From positions 1 to 54,116 of the forward strand of contig CAZGVM010000002.1 of assembly GCA_964528855.1 (NCBI GenBank): a DNA stretch of 54,116 bases. Reading direction: 5' to 3'. Below the pieces are notes generated by a model that saw only the letters and a program-made list of their open reading frames with translations, searched no databases and was not told where the DNA came from. Positions within the stretch are counted from its first letter, which is position 1. Each line of letters opens with the position of its first letter. The DNA is from an uncultured Desulfomonile sp. Its GTDB lineage: Bacteria > Desulfobacterota > Desulfomonilia > Desulfomonilales > Desulfomonilaceae. The position numbers and the translations under genes were made by a program. Below, one piece after another: positions 36,259 through 45,643 of the stretch.

Positions 36259-36921
36259 TCATGCAAAACGCATTATTTCATTAACAGACGCTCTTTTACT
36301 CCTGAACAGACTCGCCTTGTCGGTTGGATGCGGATAGCCCAGGGCTATTCCAATCACAAGCTTAAAGGTTTCTGGAACCGAGAGAGTTTTTCGCACTATG
36401 TCCGGGAAATGCATTGAAGCCGCCAGATAGATCGTTCCCAATCCCTGTTCGGTGGCAAGATAACAGATGGTCGTCCCGATTGACCCTATATCCAGGCACG
36501 AATAGGGCTCGTTCATCTCTGCATTTATGAAAAGATATATGATGGAAGGGGCGCCGAAGAATCTGTACATGTTAAGGTAATGCTGTTTACGGGCTTCCTT
36601 GTCATCTCGCTCAATCCCCATGTAAGTGAAAAGTTCTGACCCCAACCCCATGTATCTTCCTTTATAAAGTTCAGGAAAGATCACCGGCGTCTTGATGTCC
36701 GGACGCGGAGCAGTGCCTTTCTTGCCCTCCTCTTCAAATGCGTCTGCCAGTTGTTTCGCCTTTTCGCCATCTGCAACCACTATTTCCCATGGTTGGGTGT
36801 TCCCCCATGAAGGCGCCCATCGCGCGTTGTCTATTATCCTGGTTACTATTTCTCTTGAAACTGGTTTGGGTAAAAAAGATCTTATGCTTTTGCGGTTCAA
36901 AATCGACTCTTCCAGATTCAT
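36259..36921 (-). CDS. Nitroreductase-family flavoprotein
   Basis: MNLEESILNRKSIRSF...APSWGNTQPW is typical of the family. I set the start at ATG 36921, 7 nt after GGAGGG. The ORF-track start at 36936 is a GTG inside the SD sequence. Confidence 0.85.
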   Translation of the reverse strand: MNLEESILNRKSIRSFLPKPVSREIVTRIIDNARWAPSWGNTQPWEIVVADGEKAKQLADAFEEEGKKGTAPRPDIKTPVIFPELYKGRYMGLGSELFTYMGIERDDKEARKQHYLNMYRFFGAPSIIYLFINAEMNEPYSCLDIGSIGTTICYLATEQGLGTIYLAASMHFPDIVRKTLSVPETFKLVIGIALGYPHPTDKASLFRSKRASVNEIMRFA

Positions 36922-37081
36922 TTTTATTCCCTCCACAGTAAAAATTTATTTTGTATTACAGTATCATAAATTTTATGTACGGAAAAACTACTTCTAAATA
37001 TTTACAAAAATGCGAAAATAATGCTAATTTAGAGCGTTAATACTTAGACAACAATTCACAGTAGTGAAGGAGGGACCCAAA

Positions 37082-39106
37082 ATGGCTTTTTCGTTCCGAG
37101 GACGCGCTATTAACAAGGTTGGTGTGATTGGATCTGGTCAGATCGGTCCTGATATAGCCCTACATTTTGTAAAGGTCTTACATAATTACGGGACCCAGGT
37201 AGTGGTAGTGGATATATCCAAAGACGCTCTTGAAAAAGGAAAAGCAAAACTTTTCAAGAAAATAGACAAGGGCGGTCAGACCGGAGCTTTCAAGCCTGCC
37301 GAGGTTGAAGGCATGAAAAGCCACGTCCTGTTCACGGACGATTATGGCCAACTTGCCGGGGCTGACATTGTCGTAGAAGCGGCCACCGAAGACCTGCCGC
37401 TGAAACGAAGAATCTTCAGACAGATAGAAGATCTGGTTGCTTCAGACGCTATTCTCACCAGCAACTCATCCCACATTGAGCCGGAGAGGATTTTTTCCGA
37501 ATTAAAACATAAAGCAAGGTCCCTGTGCACTCATTACTTTTTTCCCGCTGAACGCAACCCTGCAATTGAAATTATTCCGGGGCAAGATACAGATCCTGAC
37601 ATTCATGAATTCATGATGAGATTTTACGAAACGATCGGCAAGATTCCGATCAAAGTTGGATCTCGATACGGCTACGCAGTGGACCCGGTTTTTGAGGGAT
37701 TATTACTCGCCTGTATACAATGTGTTGACGCCGGGCATGGCGACACCAAACAGGTGGATCAGGTCGCTTCAAAGTGTCTGGGGCTAACCGTTGGGCCCTT
37801 TACGGCTCACAATCTCACCGGTGGAAATCCAATTAGCGCCCATGGACTTTCCGAAATGAATGAAATTCTGAACAAATGGTTCAGGGTCCCTGAGCGATTG
37901 AAAAAGATGGTGGAAACAGGAGCGAACTGGGAAGTTCCATCAAGGGGAGAGGTCATTGAGATTGACCCGGAAAAAGAGAAAATCATAAAAGAGGAACTGC
38001 TTGGCGCTTATTTCGCTATGGTTTGCGACATGCTGGATTCTGAGATAATCACTACAAGCGACTTCGATCTTCTCATTAGTGTCGCTCTCGACATGAAGCC
38101 TCCGTTCAGCTTCATGAATTCCATGGGCGTCGATAAAGCTCTGACTTTGGTTGAATCCTTCAACAAAAAATACCCTGACATGCCCGTTTCGAAAACCCTT
38201 CGCAATCAGGCCGCATCCGGCAAGCCATGGGAACTGCTCGATGTCCTTTTCAGGAATCAGGGTGATGTCGGAATCATAACAATCTGTCGCCCGAAGGCTC
38301 TCAATGCTTTGAACTCAAAAGTATTCCATGAAATCAAAGGCTATTGCGAAATAATCAAAAATGATCCGAGCATAAAAGCCGCAGTGATAACCGGCTTTGG
38401 GAACAAAGCTTTTGTTGCCGGCGCAGATATAAAAGAAATGGCCGGATTAACAGAACCTTCCCAGGCTGAGGCTTTTGCGCGTAAAGGCCAGATTTCCACA
38501 ACGGAGTTTGAGAACCTGGGCAAACCGATAGTCGCCGCTTTGAACGGGTTCATGCTAGGAGGCGGATGTGAACTGGCCATGTGTTGCGCCGCCAGGGTTA
38601 CTCTGAAAGGATTGAAATTCTTTGCCGGTCAGCCTGAGGTCAACCTGGGACTCATCCCTGGCATGGGTGGAACCCAGAGATTGCCTCGAATAGTCGGTTT
38701 TGAAAAAGCCTCGGAAATGATTAGAACAGCCAACCCGATATCAAGTCAGCAGGCCTTTGAATACGGCCTTGTGAATGAACTGGTTGAAGGGGACGTTCTT
38801 CCTCGTTCAATTGAACTGGCTAGAGAACTCGCTGAAGGAAAGACTACTGTCAAGGCCATTGAAAAAGGGCCGGTACCCGGAGCGCCGGATCATCTGGCTG
38901 AAGTCAACATCGGTCATTTATCAAAAGCTCTGGACCAACTGGTGGTCGATGCAATCATTCAGGGAGCGAAAATGACTCTGGAAGATGGCCTGAAACATGA
39001 GGCATACCTTTTCGGTCAATGCTGGACCAAAAAGGACAACAGAATAGGACTGCAGAATTTCATCGAGAAAGGCGCCAAGTCCAAAGCAGAATTTATTCAC
39101 GAATAA
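37082..39106 (+). CDS. Bifunctional 3-hydroxyacyl-CoA dehydrogenase (N-terminal) / enoyl-CoA hydratase (C-terminal)
   Basis: A VGVIGSGQIG Rossmann fold and HACD body come first, then a crotonase fold (FVAGADIKEM, GGGCELAMCC). I set the start at ATG 37082, 6 nt after GAAGGAGGGA. Confidence 0.85.
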   Translation: MAFSFRGRAINKVGVIGSGQIGPDIALHFVKVLHNYGTQVVVVDISKDALEKGKAKLFKKIDKGGQTGAFKPAEVEGMKSHVLFTDDYGQLAGADIVVEAATEDLPLKRRIFRQIEDLVASDAILTSNSSHIEPERIFSELKHKARSLCTHYFFPAERNPAIEIIPGQDTDPDIHEFMMRFYETIGKIPIKVGSRYGYAVDPVFEGLLLACIQCVDAGHGDTKQVDQVASKCLGLTVGPFTAHNLTGGNPISAHGLSEMNEILNKWFRVPERLKKMVETGANWEVPSRGEVIEIDPEKEKIIKEELLGAYFAMVCDMLDSEIITTSDFDLLISVALDMKPPFSFMNSMGVDKALTLVESFNKKYPDMPVSKTLRNQAASGKPWELLDVLFRNQGDVGIITICRPKALNALNSKVFHEIKGYCEIIKNDPSIKAAVITGFGNKAFVAGADIKEMAGLTEPSQAEAFARKGQISTTEFENLGKPIVAALNGFMLGGGCELAMCCAARVTLKGLKFFAGQPEVNLGLIPGMGGTQRLPRIVGFEKASEMIRTANPISSQQAFEYGLVNELVEGDVLPRSIELARELAEGKTTVKAIEKGPVPGAPDHLAEVNIGHLSKALDQLVVDAIIQGAKMTLEDGLKHEAYLFGQCWTKKDNRIGLQNFIEKGAKSKAEFIHE

Positions 39107-39140
39107 ATTCCCACGATGTATTTTAAGGTAGATCGTGAGA

Positions 39141-39180
39141 AGAGAGCCAAATCAAATTTTTGGCTCTCTTTCATTTTTTA
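39141..39180 (+). terminator. Intrinsic terminator after the fadB-like gene
   Basis: AGAGAGCCAA (39141-39150) pairs with TTGGCTCTCT (39160-39169), followed by TTCATTTTTT. Confidence 0.85.
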
Positions 39181-39228
39181 CATTCCTTGCTGTTTAAGTT
39201 TTCCTCAAATCGCTCTATCCTTGTGCGC

Positions 39229-40656
39229 ATGAAGCCAACCATAGAACGTAATTCCCTGGAACGCATTGTCCTTAACTCGATCAGCGAGCACCACATGATT
39301 GAGCCTGGGGACAAAATAGTGGTCGCTGTCTCGGGCGGGGTAGACTCGGTGGCGCTTTTGTGTGTTCTCAATTCACTGTTTCCAGAAATGAATCTCGAGT
39401 TGATAGTGGCGCATGTTAATCACAATTTGCGCCCCGGTTCTGTTAAAGACAAAGATTTTGTTGAAAATCTTGCATCCAGATTACACCTGGACTTTTATCA
39501 TCTCGACGCAAATGTCCGGGCATATTCGGCGGAACATCATTTGAGCCTGGAAGAGTCCGGTCGTATAATCAGATATTCTTTTTTCCGAGAATTGCTTACA
39601 GACTTGAAAGCCAACCGGGTAGCCACGGCTCATCATGTTGACGACCAGATTGAAACTGTCTTGCTTAGATTAATTCGGGGAAGCGTCACTACCGGATTAA
39701 GAGGAATCCCAGCCGTAAGAGGAGCAATAATCAGGCCATTCATCAAAGTTGAGAGATCACAAATTGTTGAATACTGCAGACAAAAAGGTTTGAATTACAT
39801 AAATGATGAAACCAATTTTGAGATAGTGGCCGATAGGAACTTTATTAGAAACAGAGTTCTCAAGGAAATTGAAACAAGATTTCCTCAATACCGAAAATCT
39901 GTTTTAAGGACTACGGAACTTCTGAGTCGCGATGAGGAATTCCTTGAAAAAAAGGCCGGCCACCTCTACGACCTTGCAGTCAAGAGACGAGATCAGGAAA
40001 TTGTTGTTGACGTAAAACATATTTCCGGAGCTGACGATGCAATAGGCGCCAGAGTTCTAAGATCAGCCTTTTACGATTTAACAGGGCCCGACCTGAGGTT
40101 GACACAAATCAATCTCGATCAATCACTTTCTCTGGCCAGGAGCCCAAAGCCCTCTTCCAGCATTGATTTACCAGGATTTTTAAATATCAGACGTGATTAT
40201 GATAAATTAGTTATTAGCAAAAAATCGGAGGAACAAGTTGAGTCGTATTCATACACTATAAACGGTCCCGGAATTCTTGAGCTACCATCAGCATGGGGTA
40301 CACTGACTTTTACGTTACTGAAACATTTGCCTGATGAAGAAAAAATCAGGATAGACACTGGAAAAGCCTATTTTGATTTGGATTCCCTGGAATATCCTCT
40401 TATAGTCCGTTCGTTCATGCCGGGAGACAGACTGGAAGCCTGGGGTGTAAAAGGCTCCACAAAAGTCAAAAAAATTTTTATTGATAAAAAAATATCCTTG
40501 AGCTTGAGGCGGAGAATACCCCTGATCATTAAAGATGATAAAATATTGTGGATAGCAGGTGTTAGAAGAAGCCGTCTCCATGGTCTCACATCTCTATCGA
40601 AAAGGATTCTGGAGATAACGTGGATCAAGAATTCGAATCCGGAAAAAACCAAATGA
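39229..40656 (+). CDS. tilS: tRNA(Ile)-lysidine synthase
   Basis: PP-loop VAVSGGVDS is present, with TilS-like central and C-terminal domains. I set the start at ATG 39229 because the ORF-track TTG at 39160 lies inside the terminator hairpin. Confidence 0.85.
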   Translation: MKPTIERNSLERIVLNSISEHHMIEPGDKIVVAVSGGVDSVALLCVLNSLFPEMNLELIVAHVNHNLRPGSVKDKDFVENLASRLHLDFYHLDANVRAYSAEHHLSLEESGRIIRYSFFRELLTDLKANRVATAHHVDDQIETVLLRLIRGSVTTGLRGIPAVRGAIIRPFIKVERSQIVEYCRQKGLNYINDETNFEIVADRNFIRNRVLKEIETRFPQYRKSVLRTTELLSRDEEFLEKKAGHLYDLAVKRRDQEIVVDVKHISGADDAIGARVLRSAFYDLTGPDLRLTQINLDQSLSLARSPKPSSSIDLPGFLNIRRDYDKLVISKKSEEQVESYSYTINGPGILELPSAWGTLTFTLLKHLPDEEKIRIDTGKAYFDLDSLEYPLIVRSFMPGDRLEAWGVKGSTKVKKIFIDKKISLSLRRRIPLIIKDDKILWIAGVRRSRLHGLTSLSKRILEITWIKNSNPEKTK

Positions 40657-41242
40657 ATTCTTATGAGAACAGAAAAGGCTTGATCGGTTATGAGCAAGCG
40701 CTCAGCCTGGCATTTGAAAACGTGCGCCCCATGCCGGAAGAGTTATGCGCTATAATCGATGCCTTGGGACGAGTGGTTTCAAGAGACGTCAAAGCCGTCG
40801 TAAATTTGCCATCGAGGGATTCCTCGCTGAAGGATGGTTATGCCGTCTTGTCTTCGGACATTCAAACAGCGGGACCATCCAATCCCGTTTTCCTCTTGTC
40901 AATCAGGGTGAATTGGTCACGCCTCCCGGAGCCGGTCTGTTGGCGGCTGGTGGAATTTCTAGTGTGCCTGTAGTGTGCTTACCCAGGGTTGCGCTTCTGG
41001 CCACCGGTGATGAAATTATAGCTCCTGGAAAACCACTTGGCTCTGGAATGGTCTATGCCAGCAACGTCGCAATGCAGGAAGCATGGTTGAGGACTTTAGG
41101 CATCAATTGCCGCACAGAAGTTAGCAGAGATTCTTTGGAAATGCGCAGCAGAAGACTGAGCGCAATGGGAAAAACAAAAGCCCTTGTTAAAATACCGGAG
41201 GGAACGGAAAAGCTGACGGCCGGAACTAGGGTCAGTTTCTAG
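40653..41242 (+). pseudogene. moeA: Decayed molybdopterin molybdotransferase gene (moeA remnant)
   Basis: The ATG overlaps the tilS stop (ATGA). An N-terminal MoeA-like stretch is present (...LPSRDSSLKDGYAV...). After ~40885 the homology continues in another frame (...LLAAGGISSVPVVCLPRVALLATGDEIIAPGKPLGSGMVYASN...), then jumps to the C-terminal end (...ALVKIPEGTEKLTAGTRVSF*). About half of a normal ~400-aa MoeA is missing. Confidence 0.7.
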
Positions 41243-41313
41243 CAAGTGACATAGATTTTGGCTATTTTCCCCACTCATGGAATCCAGACAAAATTTTCAC
41301 TTCATAAGAAAGG

Positions 41314-42174
41314 TTGTGTGAATTGATCACTAGTTTGACTATCACCATAGTTGTGAACAATTTTGTCTCCAGATCAGGAATGAAAGGTGAACATGGCCTT
41401 AGCCTGTTGATAGATGTGGAAGAGGCTCATGTAAAAAACAAAATACTTATGGATACCGGCCAAACCCCTGAGACCTTGCTATACAATTTGAGGGCCTTAA
41501 ATGTTCAAACCTCAGAGATTTCCAAGGTCGTCATAAGTCATGGACACTATGACCACACAGGTGGACTCTGCGGATTGCTGGAGAGTAGTAACGGAAATCT
41601 CGAAGTTCTAGCTTCCGCGTTCGCTTGGGGACTTCGATTCAATAACAATCAGAACATGAAGGAAATAGGACCTGGATTCGACACCAGCGAAATAATGGAA
41701 CGCGGTGGGAAATACAACGAAATAAATCAACTCTACCAGCTCTGTGACCACCTCATGCTTAGCGGACCAATAAATAAAACAGAATCATGTGAAGCCAACA
41801 GAACCTTCATACGATCTACTGATCAAGGTTTCATGCCGGACACTTTTCAGGATGACATGGCCATTGTTGCGGATCTAGGTCCCGAAGGACTATTAATACT
41901 GACCGGATGCTGTCATTCAGGTATAATCAATACAATCCGGCATTGCATTAAAATAACAGGAAATAACCGGATCAAGGGTATTCTCGGTGGGCTCCACCTG
42001 ATAAATGCAGACACAGAGCGGCTGATTATCACCCGGGATTTTCTGAAAGACATCGATTGTGATTTCATAGCTCCAGTACATTGTTCAGGTTTGGAAGCAA
42101 CGTGCTATCTAAGACGTGAACTGGGCGATGTAGTAAAATTTCCTGGAGCCGGAGAGACTTTTAAGATTATCTGA
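41314..42174 (+). CDS. MBL-fold metallo-hydrolase (COG1237-like)
   Basis: 286 aa with ...GEHGLSLLI... and HGHYDHTGG metal-binding motifs. The start codon is ambiguous (TTG 41314 or TTG 41323). Confidence 0.75.
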   Translation: MCELITSLTITIVVNNFVSRSGMKGEHGLSLLIDVEEAHVKNKILMDTGQTPETLLYNLRALNVQTSEISKVVISHGHYDHTGGLCGLLESSNGNLEVLASAFAWGLRFNNNQNMKEIGPGFDTSEIMERGGKYNEINQLYQLCDHLMLSGPINKTESCEANRTFIRSTDQGFMPDTFQDDMAIVADLGPEGLLILTGCCHSGIINTIRHCIKITGNNRIKGILGGLHLINADTERLIITRDFLKDIDCDFIAPVHCSGLEATCYLRRELGDVVKFPGAGETFKII

Positions 42175-42269
42175 ATATTTTTGAAAGAGGATTACAACAT
42201 GCCTTTGCGCCCCTTTGACAGAATGCCCACGAATGTTGCCATTGCCTGTCCTATTGTAAGGGGTGATGT

Positions 42270-43760
42270 TTGATTCTGCTCGCAAAAGGAAAAATTCTTT
42301 ATAGCGTATTGAATACAGCGCTATTGTTAATGTTGGTCACACCTCCGGTATGTTTTGCTTCCAATGACTACCTGAACCTGAACCTGAACACAAACAGCGA
42401 CGGTATTATCGCATCAACTTTTAACATTTCCGAAATAGACCGCAATTCTCGATCTAACGTGGTTGATGATGATTTGGGGACCGTCGGAATCAAACTGTTT
42501 GATGAGGTCATGAGACTAATTCAAAACCACTATGTGTCCAATTTTCCCAAGAAACATATTCTCAAAGAGACTGTCGAGAAACTTGTTTTTTCTTTAGATC
42601 CCCTTTGCGCAGAGAAGATTCCTGGTTTCGATCAATGTTTTGACACACCGGAGGCATGTTTTGCTGCAACTTTGTCCAAAATTGCCAAACGCTGCAAGAT
42701 TAGGGAACAGCAGGTAACTCTGATGGCGCTAGAGATAGTTCTCAGGGATCTGGACCAGTATTCCTCGATACTTGACTCCAAAATGATCAATGAACTCAAG
42801 ATCAGCGCGGAAGGAAAGTTTGGAGGAATAGGCATGGTAGTGGCTTCCAAAAATGGAGCATATGTAGTCATTTCCTCAATTGAAGGGTCTCCGGCTCATG
42901 AGGCGGGTATAAACTCCGGAGACATTATTCTCGCCATTGATGGCAAGACGTTGCAGGGATTACCCCTGAATGAGTCTCTGGGACTTGTTCGAGGTCCGTC
43001 AGGATCTCTTATTCGCATCAAAGTCATGAATCACCTGACCGGTAAAATTCGAAACCTTGAAATGCGTAGAAAGATTATTCAGGCGACTCCGGTAAAATAC
43101 ACCATTATGAATCACGGAATCGGTTATATAAGAATCATAAACTTTCAGAACACAACGCGGGTGGAACTGGAAAAGGCTCTAAAATCGCTTCTGCAGAGTT
43201 CGCAGGGGCAGTTGTCTGGTCTGATTCTGGATCTGCGTGATAATCCGGGCGGGCTGTTTACCGAGGCCATCCGTGTCGCCGAGTTGTTTGTGAAAACAGG
43301 AGTGATAACATCACTTCAGGGAAAAGACACAAGATTCAGCAGGGTATTTAGTGTAAACGCCGATGGTCCATTTTCTGATCTGCCGATTGTCGTCCTTATA
43401 AACAAGGGCTCGGCAAGCGCCTCTGAAGTTTTGACCGGAGCCTTGTTGGCAAATCCAAAAGTTTTGGTAATGGGAGAGCGCAGTTTCGGAAAAGCGTCTG
43501 TTCAAAACATTTTTCCACTGCCCGGGTCAATGGCTTTGAGACTTACTACCGCTCATTACTTCACTTCGGATGGACGCGATATCGAGGGCAAAGGACTGGA
43601 GCCCGACATTCCGTTAACCAATCATCAGCTCCTGGATCAGGACAAGACAAAAAACGCGGATATTAGTGAAATTTTACGGGATCCCGAAGTGAACATGGCC
43701 ATGAATCGATTACTATCACCGAATTTTCCAATAGAATTAGTATTTTCCAATCTTTTTTAA
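42270..43760 (+). CDS. ctp: S41-family carboxy-terminal processing peptidase (PDZ-containing)
   Basis: Signal peptide and a PDZ-like GIGMVV...GSPAHEAGI..GD.I..IDG. The S41 core has LDLRDNPGG and NKGSASASE. TTG start. Confidence 0.85.
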   Translation: MILLAKGKILYSVLNTALLLMLVTPPVCFASNDYLNLNLNTNSDGIIASTFNISEIDRNSRSNVVDDDLGTVGIKLFDEVMRLIQNHYVSNFPKKHILKETVEKLVFSLDPLCAEKIPGFDQCFDTPEACFAATLSKIAKRCKIREQQVTLMALEIVLRDLDQYSSILDSKMINELKISAEGKFGGIGMVVASKNGAYVVISSIEGSPAHEAGINSGDIILAIDGKTLQGLPLNESLGLVRGPSGSLIRIKVMNHLTGKIRNLEMRRKIIQATPVKYTIMNHGIGYIRIINFQNTTRVELEKALKSLLQSSQGQLSGLILDLRDNPGGLFTEAIRVAELFVKTGVITSLQGKDTRFSRVFSVNADGPFSDLPIVVLINKGSASASEVLTGALLANPKVLVMGERSFGKASVQNIFPLPGSMALRLTTAHYFTSDGRDIEGKGLEPDIPLTNHQLLDQDKTKNADISEILRDPEVNMAMNRLLSPNFPIELVFSNLF

Positions 43761-43934
43761 AATGCTTTTTGTAGTTATTAAACATAAAATTCTTGAGCTA
43801 CTTAACAAATCAATATGTTTACATTTTATTCTTGATTTTATAATGCTTTTTGTGTATGGTTTGCTTGCCTTTCAAACGAAAGGCTGTTGATTGTTTATTT
43901 TAAATTGGTTTAAATCAAGGAGGTTAACGGGGCA

Positions 43935-44429
43935 ATGAGCTTGCCGACAGGCCATGTTAGACGTCTGTTTCTGGGTTTCACTTGCTCTATCATGTTTCTG
44001 GTTGTATTCGCAGTGTTAGTGGCCTACAACACGGAAGCGGAGTCAGCCAGTTATATTAAATCAACGGTAGATGAGTATCCTCTGACCATAGGGATATACA
44101 CGGCTAACCCGGAGGAGACGATAACATTCTACAAGAAACTGGGGTTCCGTTCCTCAGAAGGTCTTTCGAAAGGCTTGGATGTCTTTTCGATGGAAAAAGA
44201 AGGAACACCCTACAAACTTGACATTCTTCACAACCGTTATGTCAGCAAGGCGGAACTTTCTGGTGGCGTGTCAGGAATGAGCTTTAAAGTTAACGACTTA
44301 TCCGAATCAGTTCGTGAGCTTCAGAAAAAAGGTCTTCGATTTGTCGAGACAGACGGTCAGAGAGACGGTGTAAACTACGCATCTCTTAGTGACCCAAACG
44401 GGATAAGTATAAAACTTTTTCAACCTTAG
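43935..44429 (+). CDS. Secreted/anchored VOC (glyoxalase-fold)-like protein
   Basis: 164 aa with an N-terminal hydrophobic segment. AAGGAGG lies 9 nt upstream. The glyoxalase-like beta-alpha-beta pattern is seen by eye only. Confidence 0.45.
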   Translation: MSLPTGHVRRLFLGFTCSIMFLVVFAVLVAYNTEAESASYIKSTVDEYPLTIGIYTANPEETITFYKKLGFRSSEGLSKGLDVFSMEKEGTPYKLDILHNRYVSKAELSGGVSGMSFKVNDLSESVRELQKKGLRFVETDGQRDGVNYASLSDPNGISIKLFQP

Positions 44430-44457
44430 ACACTCCGCACACCGAGCGCAGAATTTC

Positions 44458-44495
44458 AAAACGAGCCTGAAAAATAAGGCTCGTTTTTGTTTTTA
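44458..44495. terminator. Bidirectional intrinsic terminator
   Basis: AAAACGAGCC (44458-44467) pairs with GGCTCGTTTT (44478-44487), followed by TGTTTTT. It sits between convergent genes. Confidence 0.85.
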
Positions 44496-44511
44496 TGCCT
44501 TGTAACAAATT

Positions 44512-45573
44512 TTATCGCCCCAGTTCACCTTTAACCTTTTGGATATCTTCCGCCTCCAACCTGAATGGAAAGTTTCTAATGTCTTTGCCTGGTTTTTCGT
44601 TGCCGTAAGGTCTGTTACAGGCTGTTCTTCCGTCAAAGCCCGGACATCCTGATGTCTCGAAAGGCTCACCTGTATTTATAATTTCATCAAGTTGGCGATC
44701 ATCAACACCAAATTCAATGATTACATCTGAGTGGTCAAAAGTCATTTTATCAAACGAGGACTTGTCATTATCAATCAGCCACCTGGCCAACTGGATTCTT
44801 CGGTAGACCTCAACCGGAGGTGACTGAACAGATTCCATGAGCGAGCCTTTCTCGGGAAAAAAAGAAAAAAGATGGGTAAAGCCGCCCATACCATGGGCCC
44901 TATCGATGGTCTGGACCAGTTCTCTTTCCGTTTCCCCCAATCCACAGATCAGATGAACTCCGGACTTGTTTTTTCCAAACACATCCAGACTCTCCTCGTA
45001 AACCCTCCAGTAGGTATTCCATTTATGAGGTCCACTTACACCTGTACCTCTGAGTTTGTCGAACAGAGCCTCCGTGGCGCAGTCTACGGCCACTCCTATC
45101 CTGTCTGCGCCGGCTGCCTTCAGATTTTTCAGATCATTTTTCTTGAGCACTGTTGGTGAAATCAGGAGTGAAACCATTTTTTTGGTGTTGGAAACCACTT
45201 TTTCACATATATGCAGGGAATCTTTTACACTGTTCGGGTGGGTCACCATCGAGACGCACACCCGGCTGACTCTATCGGGAGTCTGTTTTATGGCTTCTAT
45301 AACATCCTCCGTCTTAAAGGTCTTCCACGGAACCCTGATAAAACTCCCTCCATTTTTCACCTGTTCCTTTTCTGCGGCCAATCCGCAAAATGAACAGTTA
45401 GCCCGGCAACCGTTCTTGTATGTCAACAGGAGATTGATGCAGCCTAGGCGGGCATTACGATAAAACCAGCCACCCTCGAATTTCAGTGTCATGGCGGCGG
45501 CTAAAGACAGCCTGACGTATTCCGGGCTGTGGTCGATCCGAGTCTCAACAATCTTTGATGGAACCGAATTCAT
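44512..45573 (-). CDS. Radical SAM protein, LipS1/LipS2-type lipoyl synthase candidate
   Basis: 353 aa with CRANCSFC (CX3CX2C). Additional Cys residues are available for an auxiliary cluster. It is the last gene of the ligase / FAD oxidoreductase / rSAM / rSAM run. Confidence 0.65.
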   Translation of the reverse strand: MNSVPSKIVETRIDHSPEYVRLSLAAAMTLKFEGGWFYRNARLGCINLLLTYKNGCRANCSFCGLAAEKEQVKNGGSFIRVPWKTFKTEDVIEAIKQTPDRVSRVCVSMVTHPNSVKDSLHICEKVVSNTKKMVSLLISPTVLKKNDLKNLKAAGADRIGVAVDCATEALFDKLRGTGVSGPHKWNTYWRVYEESLDVFGKNKSGVHLICGLGETERELVQTIDRAHGMGGFTHLFSFFPEKGSLMESVQSPPVEVYRRIQLARWLIDNDKSSFDKMTFDHSDVIIEFGVDDRQLDEIINTGEPFETSGCPGFDGRTACNRPYGNEKPGKDIRNFPFRLEAEDIQKVKGELGR

Positions 45574-45643
45574 CGTTTTCCCTCAGTTCTTGAATTCTTT
45601 ATCTGGATAACACTTAGTGTCGCAATATCAAGGTCGTCTAGCT

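Noticed and set aside
39160-39228. TTG 39160 as the tilS start
   Set aside because: This codon lies inside the 3' arm of the fadB-like gene terminator hairpin. ATG 39229 gives the usual distance to the SGGVDS PP-loop.
42371-42388. (CCTGAA)x3 tandem hexamer
   Set aside because: It lies in frame inside the ctp gene, encoding LNLNLN in the N-terminal region. It is too short to be a CRISPR or regulatory repeat, and at most a minor slippage-prone tract.
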